Source: a bacterium (lineage in GTDB: Bacteria; Babelota; Babeliae; Babelales; GCA-2401785). Taken from it: a stretch of DNA of 44,378 nucleotides. The notes beneath the pieces were generated by a model. It worked only from the letters and a program-made list of their open reading frames with translations, did no database searches and was not told the origin of the DNA. The stretch lies in NCBI GenBank assembly GCA_018656485.1, contig JABIAA010000050.1, positions 1-44,378 on the forward strand, given 5' to 3'. Positions 35,447-44,187 of the stretch are shown piece by piece. Each line of letters opens with the position of its first letter. Positions within the stretch are counted from its first letter, which is position 1. The translations under genes and the position numbers were made by a program.

Positions 35447-36601
35447 ATGCGACTGATTAAGTTGCTAGCCATTCTTATTTTCGTACTTGCTCCAGCAAGT
35501 TCAGAAGGGGTTGTGATCCTCGTGCATGGGACATGGTCTCGAGCACTTCCATGGTACAAACAAGGCGGGGGATTTTTTTCCGAAGTAACAACCGAAGCCG
35601 CAAAGACTGGTCAACACGTCGCATCGTTTGAATGGTCGGGGCTCAACAACCATATCGCACGCGTACGCGGAGCACGGGACCTAGCTTGTAAGATTCTCGA
35701 GTACCCGTTCAATGAGGAAGTGACTCTTATTGGACATAGCCACGGCGGAAACCTCATCAACCTCACAACAATTTTTTTGTACAACCCGCTCGCTCACATG
35801 AAAAGTGAGGAAGAACAGAAGGAATTTTTCCACGGGCTCGCAAAAAAACTTCTCAACATCTCATCTCCAATTCTTCAAAAAGCTGCAACGCCAGTCGAGC
35901 AGTTGATCGTTGATGAAATGCGCGAAGCATGCGAAACAGTCCATGAAGCATATGCAAAATTAACAGGGGAAAAAATTCAACCCAAAACAAAAAGAAACAA
36001 AACAATCAAAGCAATTACAGATGTCGCAATTGAAAAAATCGGTTCCGCTGCAGACTCTTTCGTACAAACAATCACGATGCTTTTTCCGCTCAGCAACTTG
36101 GTCATCGAACACGAACTTATGGATGCAGTCGAACGCGAAAATGCACAAAGCTCTCAAAGTGCAGAAAATTTACCTGCACCAATCCCAACAGAAGAAAAAG
36201 AAAATCCAAACTCTAACCAGACACAAAAGAAAATCAAATCCGTGTTTTTACTTGGCACCCCTGTAGACTCTCGTGACTACCACCCAGACATGAATGTCGC
36301 GCAACATGTTTTTGCACTTTATTCAAAACACGACATCATTCAACCAGTGATAGGACTTTACGACCGCGTGTATCCAGAACACGAACGAATCACAAACATG
36401 CAAGTTTTCGTAGAACAAAAAAACGGCAAGCAACAGCAGCCAGGCCATCTTGGCTTACATCGCTCGTTTATCGGCACCCACATTTTGAGCATTCCAAAGA
36501 TTATCACGGGAAAATTTGGCTCGCTGGAAAACAACCACAACTTGCAGATAAAATTTTTCGAAGGCACAGACAAAGCCCCAGAAATTACAAACCCGAACTA
36601 A
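35447..36601 (+). CDS. secreted alpha/beta hydrolase (lipase/esterase-like), catalytic motif intact
   Basis: ATG at 35447 gives MRLIKLLAILIFVLAPASSEG. It has VVILVHGTWS, FEWSG and the nucleophile elbow GHSHGG (Ser codon at 35738-35740). Candidate acid and base residues lie in SKHDIIQPV and PGHLGLH. Confidence 0.75.
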   Translation: MRLIKLLAILIFVLAPASSEGVVILVHGTWSRALPWYKQGGGFFSEVTTEAAKTGQHVASFEWSGLNNHIARVRGARDLACKILEYPFNEEVTLIGHSHGGNLINLTTIFLYNPLAHMKSEEEQKEFFHGLAKKLLNISSPILQKAATPVEQLIVDEMREACETVHEAYAKLTGEKIQPKTKRNKTIKAITDVAIEKIGSAADSFVQTITMLFPLSNLVIEHELMDAVERENAQSSQSAENLPAPIPTEEKENPNSNQTQKKIKSVFLLGTPVDSRDYHPDMNVAQHVFALYSKHDIIQPVIGLYDRVYPEHERITNMQVFVEQKNGKQQQPGHLGLHRSFIGTHILSIPKIITGKFGSLENNHNLQIKFFEGTDKAPEITNPN

Positions 36602-36681
36602 GCGGAAAAAACGACTTTCATTCCAAAAGAAAATCTTGTATAACTTTTGAAACTGCCGCACTCAGCTGCTCTGGGGAAAAC

Positions 36682-37527
36682 ATGGTTTTCATGCGCACAT
36701 TCGTGATCTTAGTCACGCTCTTGCCGGTTTATACAGGCACAAATTTAAAATCGATTGCAGTAATCACCGTGAATGACGCAATCTCCGCCGGAAATGACTG
36801 GCATATCTATCCGAAAGCACCAAAAACCAACGCGAAAAAAGAGGAAAAAACAGAAGAAGAGAGAATAGAAGAAAAAATAATGGCAGAAGAAGAGAGAATA
36901 GCAAAAGAGGAAAATATAAAAGTTGTTCCATTCCACTGGAACGGGGGGCTAATCCCAACAAAAATTGTGGATGCTGCGGGAAATCTCGCGAAGCTCATGG
37001 TGGAAACGATGATGGACAACGAAACCGTCGTTGTAACATTGCGATTTGGGGGCGTCCTCGCAAACATTGCAAGCCGCCTGATTCACGAATCGTTATTTCT
37101 CGCGGATGTACCAATCGACTTCAGAGATACCATGGCACAAGTATTCGTAGAAATTTTGACAGGAGAAGTGAAAGATTTTTTTGAACAACAGCAAAGCTCT
37201 CCCCGCATCAGCGAAACTGATACCGATATAATCCGAGGCTCTATCGCTAAAAAACTAAAAGAAACGGAATTTAACGCAACAAAAATTTTGAACAATCACG
37301 GAATCAGCAACCAACAAAAACACATTGTCGCAATGTTTCAATTCACACCACCACTTGTTGAAAATGTTTTGCTTCCATCTTCCCACGTCATCGAACAAAT
37401 ATACATTCTCGCTCCAAAGACATACGAAATCCGCTCACTGCGAGAATACCAGAGATTCTACAACACCCCACAAAAAAGCATTCATCAGCTGGATTTATTC
37501 ACACGCGCTTCAGAAAAAGCCGAATGA
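36682..37527 (+). CDS. secreted alpha/beta-hydrolase-like paralog, elbow degenerate (LRFGG)
   Basis: The hydrophobic N-terminus is MVFMRTFVILVTLLPVYTG. FHWNGG aligns with FEWSGL, and VVVTLRFGGVLANIASRLI aligns with VTLIGHSHGGNLINLTTIF. A K/E-rich insert is present. Confidence 0.7.
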   Translation: MVFMRTFVILVTLLPVYTGTNLKSIAVITVNDAISAGNDWHIYPKAPKTNAKKEEKTEEERIEEKIMAEEERIAKEENIKVVPFHWNGGLIPTKIVDAAGNLAKLMVETMMDNETVVVTLRFGGVLANIASRLIHESLFLADVPIDFRDTMAQVFVEILTGEVKDFFEQQQSSPRISETDTDIIRGSIAKKLKETEFNATKILNNHGISNQQKHIVAMFQFTPPLVENVLLPSSHVIEQIYILAPKTYEIRSLREYQRFYNTPQKSIHQLDLFTRASEKAE

Positions 37528-37747
37528 CAAAATCCTGAATACGCAGAACTGCCAACGGCAGGTATGACCACATTTAATGTAATTCGGAAACTTTTAAAAA
37601 TGATGCCCATGATCCATAAAAATCCACTCAATGGCCAACGAGTTGCAGCAGCATTTACAAATCCTTTAGACGCAACACCATTTGTCGGAAGGCTCTCGCC
37701 GTTGCCTGATCACAATCCAACCAATGCGCAAACAATTGGCAATAATG

Positions 37748-38605
37748 CTAGGGGGCAGAGACAAGTTCTTGTGCGTTGCAGACCTTAGAAGAATCTTCGC
37801 CTCCAGGATGCTGACAAAACTCATCGAGAATTCCGTTCACAAATCTGTATGAATCTTTTTCTGCAAAAGCTTTTGCAAGTTCGATCGCTTCGTTAATTGC
37901 CACCGTCTTTGGAGTGTCTGAGTGAAGGATTTCCCAGAGAGCAATTCTTAAAACAAGCAGCGTACAGACTCCGATCCTTTCGAACATCCAATTTTTAGCA
38001 AGCGGCCGAATGTGATCGTCAAGCTCCTCACGAAGATTGATTGCACCCTGCGCAAGTTTCATTGCAAAACAGCTGTCATCAAAATAAATATCAAATCCAT
38101 CTCGAAGACCCGCAGCAATTTCTTTCAACTCAACTTTGTGCTCATAGTTTTCAGAGATGTACAAAAGGTGAAATGCTAGCGAGCGCAATTCACGCTGGCT
38201 AGATGGATTCTCTGAAAAGCGACCATCGCCAAATTCGGAATTTAATTCTGCAAGCTCAGCAGCCTCTTTTAAGGCCGTGGCAGCATTTAATTCTGCAAGC
38301 TCAGCAGCCTCTTTTAAGGCCGTAGCGAGATTTAATTCTGCAAGCTCTGCAGCAGCTTTTAAGGCAACACTTGGATCTAATTCTTCCGACTCAACTGCGT
38401 CTTTCAGAACGACATTCGAATCTTGTTCCGCAAGATCAGTTGCATCGATTAAAACTACTTTAGAATCTTGTTCTACAAGCTCAGTAGTATCTTTTAAAAC
38501 CACGCTCGAATCTTGTTCCGTAAAATCGGCTGCATCCGTCAAAACCGCACCGGTCTCGCACGCGATCTCTTTATTTTTATCAAACTCGTTCAATGTAGCC
38601 TCCAT
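37748..38605 (-). CDS. nusB: transcription antitermination factor NusB with a repeat-containing N-terminal extension
   Basis: The C-terminal ~140 aa match NusB (RELRSLAFHLLY, LLVLRIALWEIL, AINEAIELAKAF, RFVNGILD). The first ATG, at 38605, overlaps the efp 3' end by 26 nt. The ORF track begins at TTG 38617. Confidence 0.8.
   Translation of the reverse strand: MEATLNEFDKNKEIACETGAVLTDAADFTEQDSSVVLKDTTELVEQDSKVVLIDATDLAEQDSNVVLKDAVESEELDPSVALKAAAELAELNLATALKEAAELAELNAATALKEAAELAELNSEFGDGRFSENPSSQRELRSLAFHLLYISENYEHKVELKEIAAGLRDGFDIYFDDSCFAMKLAQGAINLREELDDHIRPLAKNWMFERIGVCTLLVLRIALWEILHSDTPKTVAINEAIELAKAFAEKDSYRFVNGILDEFCQHPGGEDSSKVCNAQELVSAP
38240..38554. repeat. seven tandem 45-bp (15-aa) in-frame repeats inside nusB
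   Basis: The unit is atttaattctgcaagctcagcagcctcttttaaggccgtggcagc. The first two copies are almost identical, and later copies diverge progressively. The encoded repeat is (V/T)(V/A)LK.A.EL.E... Confidence 0.85.
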
Positions 38606-39137
38606 CACGTGTATCAACTTTTATAATTTCACCTTCGTTGATGAAAAGAGGAACCTGAACAGTCAAACCAGTTTCAAGCTTCGCCAGCTTAGAACCACCT
38701 TGTGCGGTGTTGCCCTTCACGCCAGGAACAGTTTCAACAACCTTAAGTTCCATAAACGTTGGAGCTTCAATAGAAATTGGTTTTCCTTCAAACGAAAGAA
38801 CAGTATAAATAATTCCTTCCTTGAGATACTTCCCGACTTGCGAAAGTTGTGATTCATCAAAACTTTCCTGCTCGAAAGACTCTTGGTCCATGAAGTGACA
38901 AAGATCATCGTCGCAATAGAGATACTGCATCGGTTTTTGATCTAGATCTGGAGCTTCGAATTTTTCCCCTGAGCGGAAAGTCTCGTCAAGAATATTTGCG
39001 GTACGAAGATTGCGCAATTTTGTTCGAACAAACGCGCCGCCCTTGCCTGGCTTCACATGTGCAAAATCGACAATTATCCAAGGGTCTCCTCGGAACAAAA
39101 TCCTCACACCCTTTCTAAAGTCACTCGTTGCAATCAT
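38580..39137 (-). CDS. efp: translation elongation factor P
   Basis: FRKGVRILFRGDPWIIVDFAHVKPGKGGAFVRTKLRNL contains the conserved KPGKG loop. Length is 185 aa. Confidence 0.95.
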   Translation of the reverse strand: MIATSDFRKGVRILFRGDPWIIVDFAHVKPGKGGAFVRTKLRNLRTANILDETFRSGEKFEAPDLDQKPMQYLYCDDDLCHFMDQESFEQESFDESQLSQVGKYLKEGIIYTVLSFEGKPISIEAPTFMELKVVETVPGVKGNTAQGGSKLAKLETGLTVQVPLFINEGEIIKVDTRDGGYIERV

Positions 39138-39260
39138 GTCAAACCCCTATTAAGGTACTTTTTCCCCGTATAGCCGCAAATCTGGATAAGAATAAGATGC
39201 CAGCCGCAAAAAAGCAAATAGGGCACACTTGGCGGACTTTTTCAACTGAAAGCTGCGCTT

Positions 39261-39785
39261 TTACACGCGCCCACGAAAAGCAATCTCTTTAACCGGCTTC
39301 CGCTGCGCCCGACCAGACGGCTTGAACTCCGGAGCCCCAACCGCGATCATAACTTCTATGTCGTAGGCACTCGATAGCCCAGTGGCAACACGCAAGTTGC
39401 GCTTGTCGCAGCCACCCATTACACATAATGCAAGGCCAAGTTCCGACGCCTGCAACGCCATATTTTGAACCGCTGCACCAACATCAAAAACTGCGTATGG
39501 ATTTTTTTCAACTTCATCGCCAATGACAAACTCTTGATGCGAGGCAACAACCACAAGCATTCCTGCATCCTTTGCCCATCGCTGATTTGCCGGAACAACA
39601 CACTCGAAAAATTGATTCCACCCGTCATCTTCACGAAGAACATAAACAAATTGCCATGGCTGTGCATTGTGCGCCGAAGCAGCAAGTCCCGCCGCCTCGA
39701 ATAATATATTTATTTTTTCTTCTGGAATAATTTCTCCGGACATGCGTCGGATTGACGAACGATCCTTAATCAAATCTGCAACCAT
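39261..39785 (-). CDS. nitroreductase-family oxidoreductase
   Basis: RSSIRRM and SAHNAQPWQF are typical of FMN-dependent nitroreductases. Length is 174 aa. Confidence 0.8.
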   Translation of the reverse strand: MVADLIKDRSSIRRMSGEIIPEEKINILFEAAGLAASAHNAQPWQFVYVLREDDGWNQFFECVVPANQRWAKDAGMLVVVASHQEFVIGDEVEKNPYAVFDVGAAVQNMALQASELGLALCVMGGCDKRNLRVATGLSSAYDIEVMIAVGAPEFKPSGRAQRKPVKEIAFRGRV

Positions 39786-39988
39786 CTCATAATCCCAGGC
39801 TATTAAATTTCATAACATCCCATGATACAAGTTGAGCCGAATTGTGTAACTAAAGTTGGTTTTTTGCAAAAAATTAATCTTTTTTGTTCTGATTTGCACA
39901 GGACTTCTTTCATTGCTAGCGTTACCTGGTTCTCCGTGGTTCTAAACTTCGGGGACACAGCAATGATCTCCCACAACCACGTAAATAA

Positions 39989-40016
39989 GGGTGGGCCTTT
40001 GTGCCCCCCTTATTTC
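39989..40016 (+). terminator. orphan terminator-like hairpin in a divergent intergenic region
   Basis: GGG-t-GGGC ctttgt GCCC-CCC is followed by TTATTT. The stem can extend to AATAA/TTATT. No protein gene lies upstream on the plus strand. Confidence 0.4.
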
Positions 40017-40242
40017 ATATCTGACAGGGACAAATCTGTCCGGAGGAAAGATATATTTTTGTAAGGTCTGTACAAAAGCCATATTTTTTGCGATTTTTTC
40101 ACTGTGCAATTGTTGAGAGATTTATGCATGTGAAAAATTTCATAGGGAGGAAGGAAGCGTTGCGTAGGCACAGAATTTATGTCGCCTCAACAAAGTTGAA
40201 AAATATGTTCACCAATGTTAAGAAATAAATGAAGGAAAAATT

Positions 40243-40803
40243 ATGAAACGTATTATTGCTCCAATGGTCGCTATCGCGATGTTCGCAGGAATGGGCTATG
40301 CAGGCGGAGACGATGCACCAAAGGCAGAAAAAACCCCTTGGGCACCTGAGTGGAGACATCACAGTGTTGACACCCTCGGAGCTTTTACAACTCTCGCACT
40401 TCTCACACTCAAGGACAATAGCTGGAAATTTGACAAGGGTCTTGTCGACGCATTGAAGGGTCGATTCTCCAACGTTCCAAAAACAGCGACAACACTTGGC
40501 CTGATGGCAGGAACATGGTTCGCCTTAGAACTCCTACAAAACAAAATCGCTAGATCTGGCTGGAAAGTCTACCCTCACACATGGGAAGACACCAAGGCAC
40601 TTGTCAGTGGTGAAAATAAAGCAGCAACGTGGAAGACACTTGGAAAATCATTTGTTGTTCCTTACGGTAAAGCACCAAAGCCACCGAAGGAAAAAGATCC
40701 AGTAGATCCACCAAAAGAAAAAGATGTACCGAAACCTGAAGCCGAACAAAAAGACACAGCTGCGCCAGCACCAGCACCAGCAACAGAAGAAAGCAGCAAA
40801 TAA
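40243..40803 (+). CDS. secreted protein with a Pro/Lys-rich C-terminus
   Basis: GAAGGA RBS. The signal peptide is MKRIIAPMVAIAMFAGMGYAG. The C-terminus reads PKPPKEKDPVDPPKEKDVPKPE. Confidence 0.7.
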   Translation: MKRIIAPMVAIAMFAGMGYAGGDDAPKAEKTPWAPEWRHHSVDTLGAFTTLALLTLKDNSWKFDKGLVDALKGRFSNVPKTATTLGLMAGTWFALELLQNKIARSGWKVYPHTWEDTKALVSGENKAATWKTLGKSFVVPYGKAPKPPKEKDPVDPPKEKDVPKPEAEQKDTAAPAPAPATEESSK

Positions 40804-40859
40804 AAATCTCGGCATTGGTAACTGAAGTGAACTTCTAGTAAGTTTTACTTCGTTAAAAA

Positions 40860-40893
40860 AGAGCTCGGAGCTAAACTCCCGGGCTCTTTTTTT
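40860..40893 (+). terminator. rho-independent terminator
   Basis: AGAGCTCGGAG-loop-CTCCCGGGCTCT is followed by TTTTTTTAT. Confidence 0.7.
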
Positions 40894-41008
40894 ATTTCTT
40901 CTGCAAGCAAAGTTTTCTCCCATTTTTTTAAAGCCTTCACAATAAAAAAAACACTGATACTATTGGGCCAACGCGAACACAATCATTTCACAAAGTGGGG
41001 AAAGACTC

Positions 41009-41680
41009 ATGAAACGCATCGTAACAAATATTGCTGTTGTCGCATTGGCTGCAGGAAGTATATCCGCAGGAAATTTCTACGAAGAAATGGAACAGTTCAG
41101 GACAAAAGAAAAGCAAATCTATGAAAATTGGAACAAAAAGCTTTGGGAACAAGTAGGCAACGCAGAAACATATAAGCTCGACGATTGGTTTTTTGGGGAA
41201 ACTTTGAAAGCAAAGCGATCAATTTTTTCTCCGGAAAACTACAAGCAATTGATGAGAATAGAAAAAGAAGAACGACAGACCAAGTTTGAAAAGACAATAT
41301 TAGAAGAATCACAAAAAGCAGCAAACGGAATTATAAATTCAGAGTCTAGGAAAAAAGAGACTCAAAAGTTGAAAGCAAAAAAGGGAAGAATCAAAGAAGT
41401 CTTTAAAACAGCTTTGGAAGAAATAAAAAATTGCGAAAATGTGGAAGATCTTCTGGAGAAGGTCTTCCACATTCTGCTAATGGAACGGGAAGCAACCGGC
41501 TGCCAACATCTCGATCTGGCCAGAAGATACATATATAACATAAAACTTGCCATGAGCCTGGAAGAAGGAGACGATGCAAAACTTGCTTTTGCTAAAAAAG
41601 AAGCAGACGAATTAATTACTGATAAAATCGAGCTAAACATCCGGATCATCGATGCAACGCTTGAAATCGTTGCAGACTAA
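41009..41680 (+). CDS. secreted helical protein
   Basis: GGGGA RBS. The signal peptide is MKRIVTNIAVVALAAGSISAG. The mature part is K/E-rich and looks helical. Confidence 0.7.
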   Translation: MKRIVTNIAVVALAAGSISAGNFYEEMEQFRTKEKQIYENWNKKLWEQVGNAETYKLDDWFFGETLKAKRSIFSPENYKQLMRIEKEERQTKFEKTILEESQKAANGIINSESRKKETQKLKAKKGRIKEVFKTALEEIKNCENVEDLLEKVFHILLMEREATGCQHLDLARRYIYNIKLAMSLEEGDDAKLAFAKKEADELITDKIELNIRIIDATLEIVAD

Positions 41681-41702
41681 CAATCCAAGATAGTACCTTG
41701 TG

Positions 41703-41737
41703 CCCCAGCAGTGTTACCATTGCTGGGGTTTATTTTA
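41703..41737 (+). terminator. rho-independent terminator
   Basis: CCCCAGCA-gtgttaccat-TGCTGGGG is followed by TTTATTTTAT. Confidence 0.7.
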
Positions 41738-41739
41738 TC

Positions 41740-42297
41740 ATGAAAAAATTTACTACCTTCGTAGCCACAATATTTTTGTTGTCCCATGGAACATGCGCAG
41801 CAGAAGGAATCGCACGGCAGGCAATTTTTCCAGTCGGGTTTATCGTTATTGGAATGATTTTTGACTTCATGCAATCGAAGCAGAAAAATCCGCTGTTAAA
41901 ACGGGAGGCTGAGGATCTTAGAAAATTCTTTGAATCCCAAAGCTATGACCAAATCGATGAGGCGCTGCAAAAATATTCATGGGCACAAGAGTTGGCAAAC
42001 GAAATTGAAACTACTGCTACATCCAAAGGACTCGACAAAATAGCAACACTCAAAGAAGCCAAGGGCGACGACTTCCGCTCGTACCAATCAAAACGCACAG
42101 GAACTAGGGGCTTCACACGCAACCTCAAGAAGATTTGCACCGACACCGTGGATTCAGTTGCACACCGCAATGGCAAGACCATAAAAAATTTATTTGACCA
42201 CCACTTCAATAAATTTGTACTACTTGCCACATTTGCACTAGCCGTAGGAATCTATGCGAAAAAGCATCATCGCACTCAAAGTTTAAAACCCCTTTAA
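41740..42297 (+). CDS. membrane protein (signal peptide plus two further hydrophobic segments)
   Basis: ATG at 41740 gives MKKFTTFVATIFLLSHGTCAA. A second hydrophobic segment is AIFPVGFIVIGMIFDF. A C-terminal anchor is FVLLATFALAVGIYA. Confidence 0.65.
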   Translation: MKKFTTFVATIFLLSHGTCAAEGIARQAIFPVGFIVIGMIFDFMQSKQKNPLLKREAEDLRKFFESQSYDQIDEALQKYSWAQELANEIETTATSKGLDKIATLKEAKGDDFRSYQSKRTGTRGFTRNLKKICTDTVDSVAHRNGKTIKNLFDHHFNKFVLLATFALAVGIYAKKHHRTQSLKPL

Positions 42298-42453
42298 AAA
42301 CCAACTCGTTCATTATTGCAATTGCCCGAAAACATTGTAGCCTTGGTAGCATCAAACTTGGGACCCTAGAACCATCTGGAGCGCTGAGACCGCACACAAT
42401 CTGACAAGCAACTGAATAATTTAATAACCAGATATTTTTTAAAAGGAACGAAG

Positions 42454-43122
42454 ATGAAATTTATTTCGGCAATCCTCGCACTCGCCTTGTGCAGCACGAT
42501 AAGTTATGGACAAGAATTTGATCAAGAAGAATTGAAAGCCAAATACCAAGAAGCATTAAAAGTTGCCAGTGAAATTTCACCTTCCCAGCACGCTCACCTC
42601 TTGGGAGCATTTGAACTAATCCGTGTTTCAAAGATTAACACAGACGAACTCAATCGCATCGCCGACCACAATTTCATGGCCAAACTCGATCGCGTCGGTC
42701 TTCTAACGACTATTCCACAACAACCCATAATACAACCCGCAATCCAACTTGCAATCCAACTTTACACTATCGCCTCTGGAATAACTGTATCAATTATATT
42801 AAAAGCAAAATCCCTCTTGAACAAAGCACAACAAATAGATTTCGAAGACAAACAAGCGACTTTAGACTTCTTGAAAATGTTAGCCAACAATTGGGATACA
42901 TATAAAAAAAAGAGCAAGGCTGAGCAGATGGGGATAGAAAGATCTCTAACGATCATAAAAGAATTGATTACCTGCCATAAGAATGATTCTTCCCTTGTAG
43001 AAGCCAAATGTTGGTTCGATGCCAAATCTAAAGAAATAAAACAGCTTAAAGAAACATCAAAGAACTTGATTGACACTTTGGTAAGCTTGCAACACACACT
43101 TATAGGTCTATCCAAAAACTAG
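42454..43122 (+). CDS. secreted protein, ILALALC signal-peptide family, member 1
   Basis: AAGGAA RBS. The N-terminus is MKFISAILALALCSTISYG. Confidence 0.7.
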   Translation: MKFISAILALALCSTISYGQEFDQEELKAKYQEALKVASEISPSQHAHLLGAFELIRVSKINTDELNRIADHNFMAKLDRVGLLTTIPQQPIIQPAIQLAIQLYTIASGITVSIILKAKSLLNKAQQIDFEDKQATLDFLKMLANNWDTYKKKSKAEQMGIERSLTIIKELITCHKNDSSLVEAKCWFDAKSKEIKQLKETSKNLIDTLVSLQHTLIGLSKN

Positions 43123-43134
43123 TAGGCGAAAAAT

Positions 43135-43683
43135 ATGAAAATCATTTACGCAATCCTCGCACTCGCTTTATGCGGATCACTTAATGCTGGATACGCTGAA
43201 GACAACGGACACATTTACAAGAGAGCAATCGAAAGAGCCAGGCATTACTTGGAACTCGATGAAGGCGCAGAAGTCGGATACGACGAGCTATCTGCCGCCG
43301 ATAAAATCATAAAGCACATGTGTGACGACATAAACAAAAAAAATCGAATTTCGCCCCAAAGAAACCTTGAAGAATACAGTGATTATCAAAATTTGTTGGG
43401 AGAACGAGTAGACATCAACGTCGCTATGGCCGTTTTACGAACTATTGAATCCGAGCTGGAGTACAAACAAATTAGGCAAAGAGTTGAATGGGTGACAGAA
43501 AAGACCCGTGAAGAAAGCAAGCAAAGAATAGAAGAGAGTGAACAGAGACATAAAGAAACCGAATGGATAAGGAAAGAAACAAACGAGCTGATTGAAGAAA
43601 GAACCAGGCTAGTGAGGGAAGAAACTAATGATTTTTGTCAATCCAACAGAAATGCCGAAGAATTCTGCTGCACAATCCTTTAG
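43135..43683 (+). CDS. secreted protein, ILALALC signal-peptide family, member 2
   Basis: The N-terminus is MKIIYAILALALCGSLNAG. The C-terminal half is E/R/K-rich. Confidence 0.7.
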   Translation: MKIIYAILALALCGSLNAGYAEDNGHIYKRAIERARHYLELDEGAEVGYDELSAADKIIKHMCDDINKKNRISPQRNLEEYSDYQNLLGERVDINVAMAVLRTIESELEYKQIRQRVEWVTEKTREESKQRIEESEQRHKETEWIRKETNELIEERTRLVREETNDFCQSNRNAEEFCCTIL

Positions 43684-43792
43684 CCCACAATGCAATTACC
43701 ACTCGAGATATTTTTGACATAAAAATCCCTGGGAAACAAGCACATCCATTGCTAATTTTGAAATCAAATATTTTTTGATGCAAGGAAAAAAG

Positions 43793-44125
43793 ATGAAACT
43801 TATTGCCGCAATCCTCGCACTCGCTTTGTGCAACACCGCAAGTTATGCAACATTTGACCAAGTCGAGTTCCCCGACGAAGAAGCCCTTCCGATTTTCGTT
43901 AAGTATCACCCAAATCAAAAAGATAAAAAAGGTGTTTCTTCATTAGACATGTTGGCACTTGAAGGAGTCATACGCTGGGAACTATGCGAATGTTACCTTC
44001 GAGGCCATGAAATTGAAAGATTTGGAGAATTACTTCATGACTACATCGTGGCTGCGGAAAAGAAAATTGGATTAGCAAGCACCGCAATGATACAGGATAT
44101 ACAACAACATTTGGGGAATAAATGA
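43793..44125 (+). CDS. secreted protein, ILALALC signal-peptide family, member 3
   Basis: ATG at 43793 follows AAGGAAAAAAG. The N-terminus is MKLIAAILALALCNTASYA. Confidence 0.65.
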   Translation: MKLIAAILALALCNTASYATFDQVEFPDEEALPIFVKYHPNQKDKKGVSSLDMLALEGVIRWELCECYLRGHEIERFGELLHDYIVAAEKKIGLASTAMIQDIQQHLGNK

Positions 44126-44187
44126 AACTTATTACAACAATCCTCGCACTCGCTTTGTGCGAAGAATCAATGCGCACCTTAAGTTAA
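44122..44187 (+). pseudogene. truncated fourth copy of the ILALALC signal-peptide cassette (21 codons)
   Basis: It reads [21 protein letters not shown]-stop. The ATG overlaps the previous stop (ATGA). Its 3' end overlaps the glyA stop codon on the opposite strand. Confidence 0.55.

Noticed and set aside
37564-37788. A 74-aa ORF between the last hydrolase-like gene and nusB.
   Set aside because: It has no RBS, overlaps the 3' end of nusB and has no features of a real small protein. I found nothing convincing on the minus strand of this 220-nt gap either.
38240-38554. Regularly spaced 45-bp repeats as a CRISPR-like array.
   Set aside because: The repeats are contiguous with no spacers, are in frame and lie within the nusB ORF. 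No cas genes are present.
39925-40050. Possible SRP (4.5S) RNA or RNase P RNA, because of TGGTTCTCC and GTCCGGAGGAAAG strings.
   Set aside because: The diagnostic SRP domain IV sequence (GGAA tetraloop followed by GGAAGCAGC) and the RNase P GAGGAAAGUCC box are both absent. The resemblance is limited to a few bases.
39822-40064. An 80-aa ORF in the divergent intergenic region.
   Set aside because: It has no Shine-Dalgarno sequence. It runs straight through the two stem-loops, including the terminator-like hairpin. I treat the region as non-coding or a possible sRNA instead.
42469-42495. ILALALC as a lipoprotein lipobox.
   Set aside because: Leu at position -1 relative to Cys does not fit the L-(A/S/T)-(G/A/S)-C consensus. 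Plausible signal peptidase I sites follow a few residues later (SYG|Q, NAG|Y, SYA|T).
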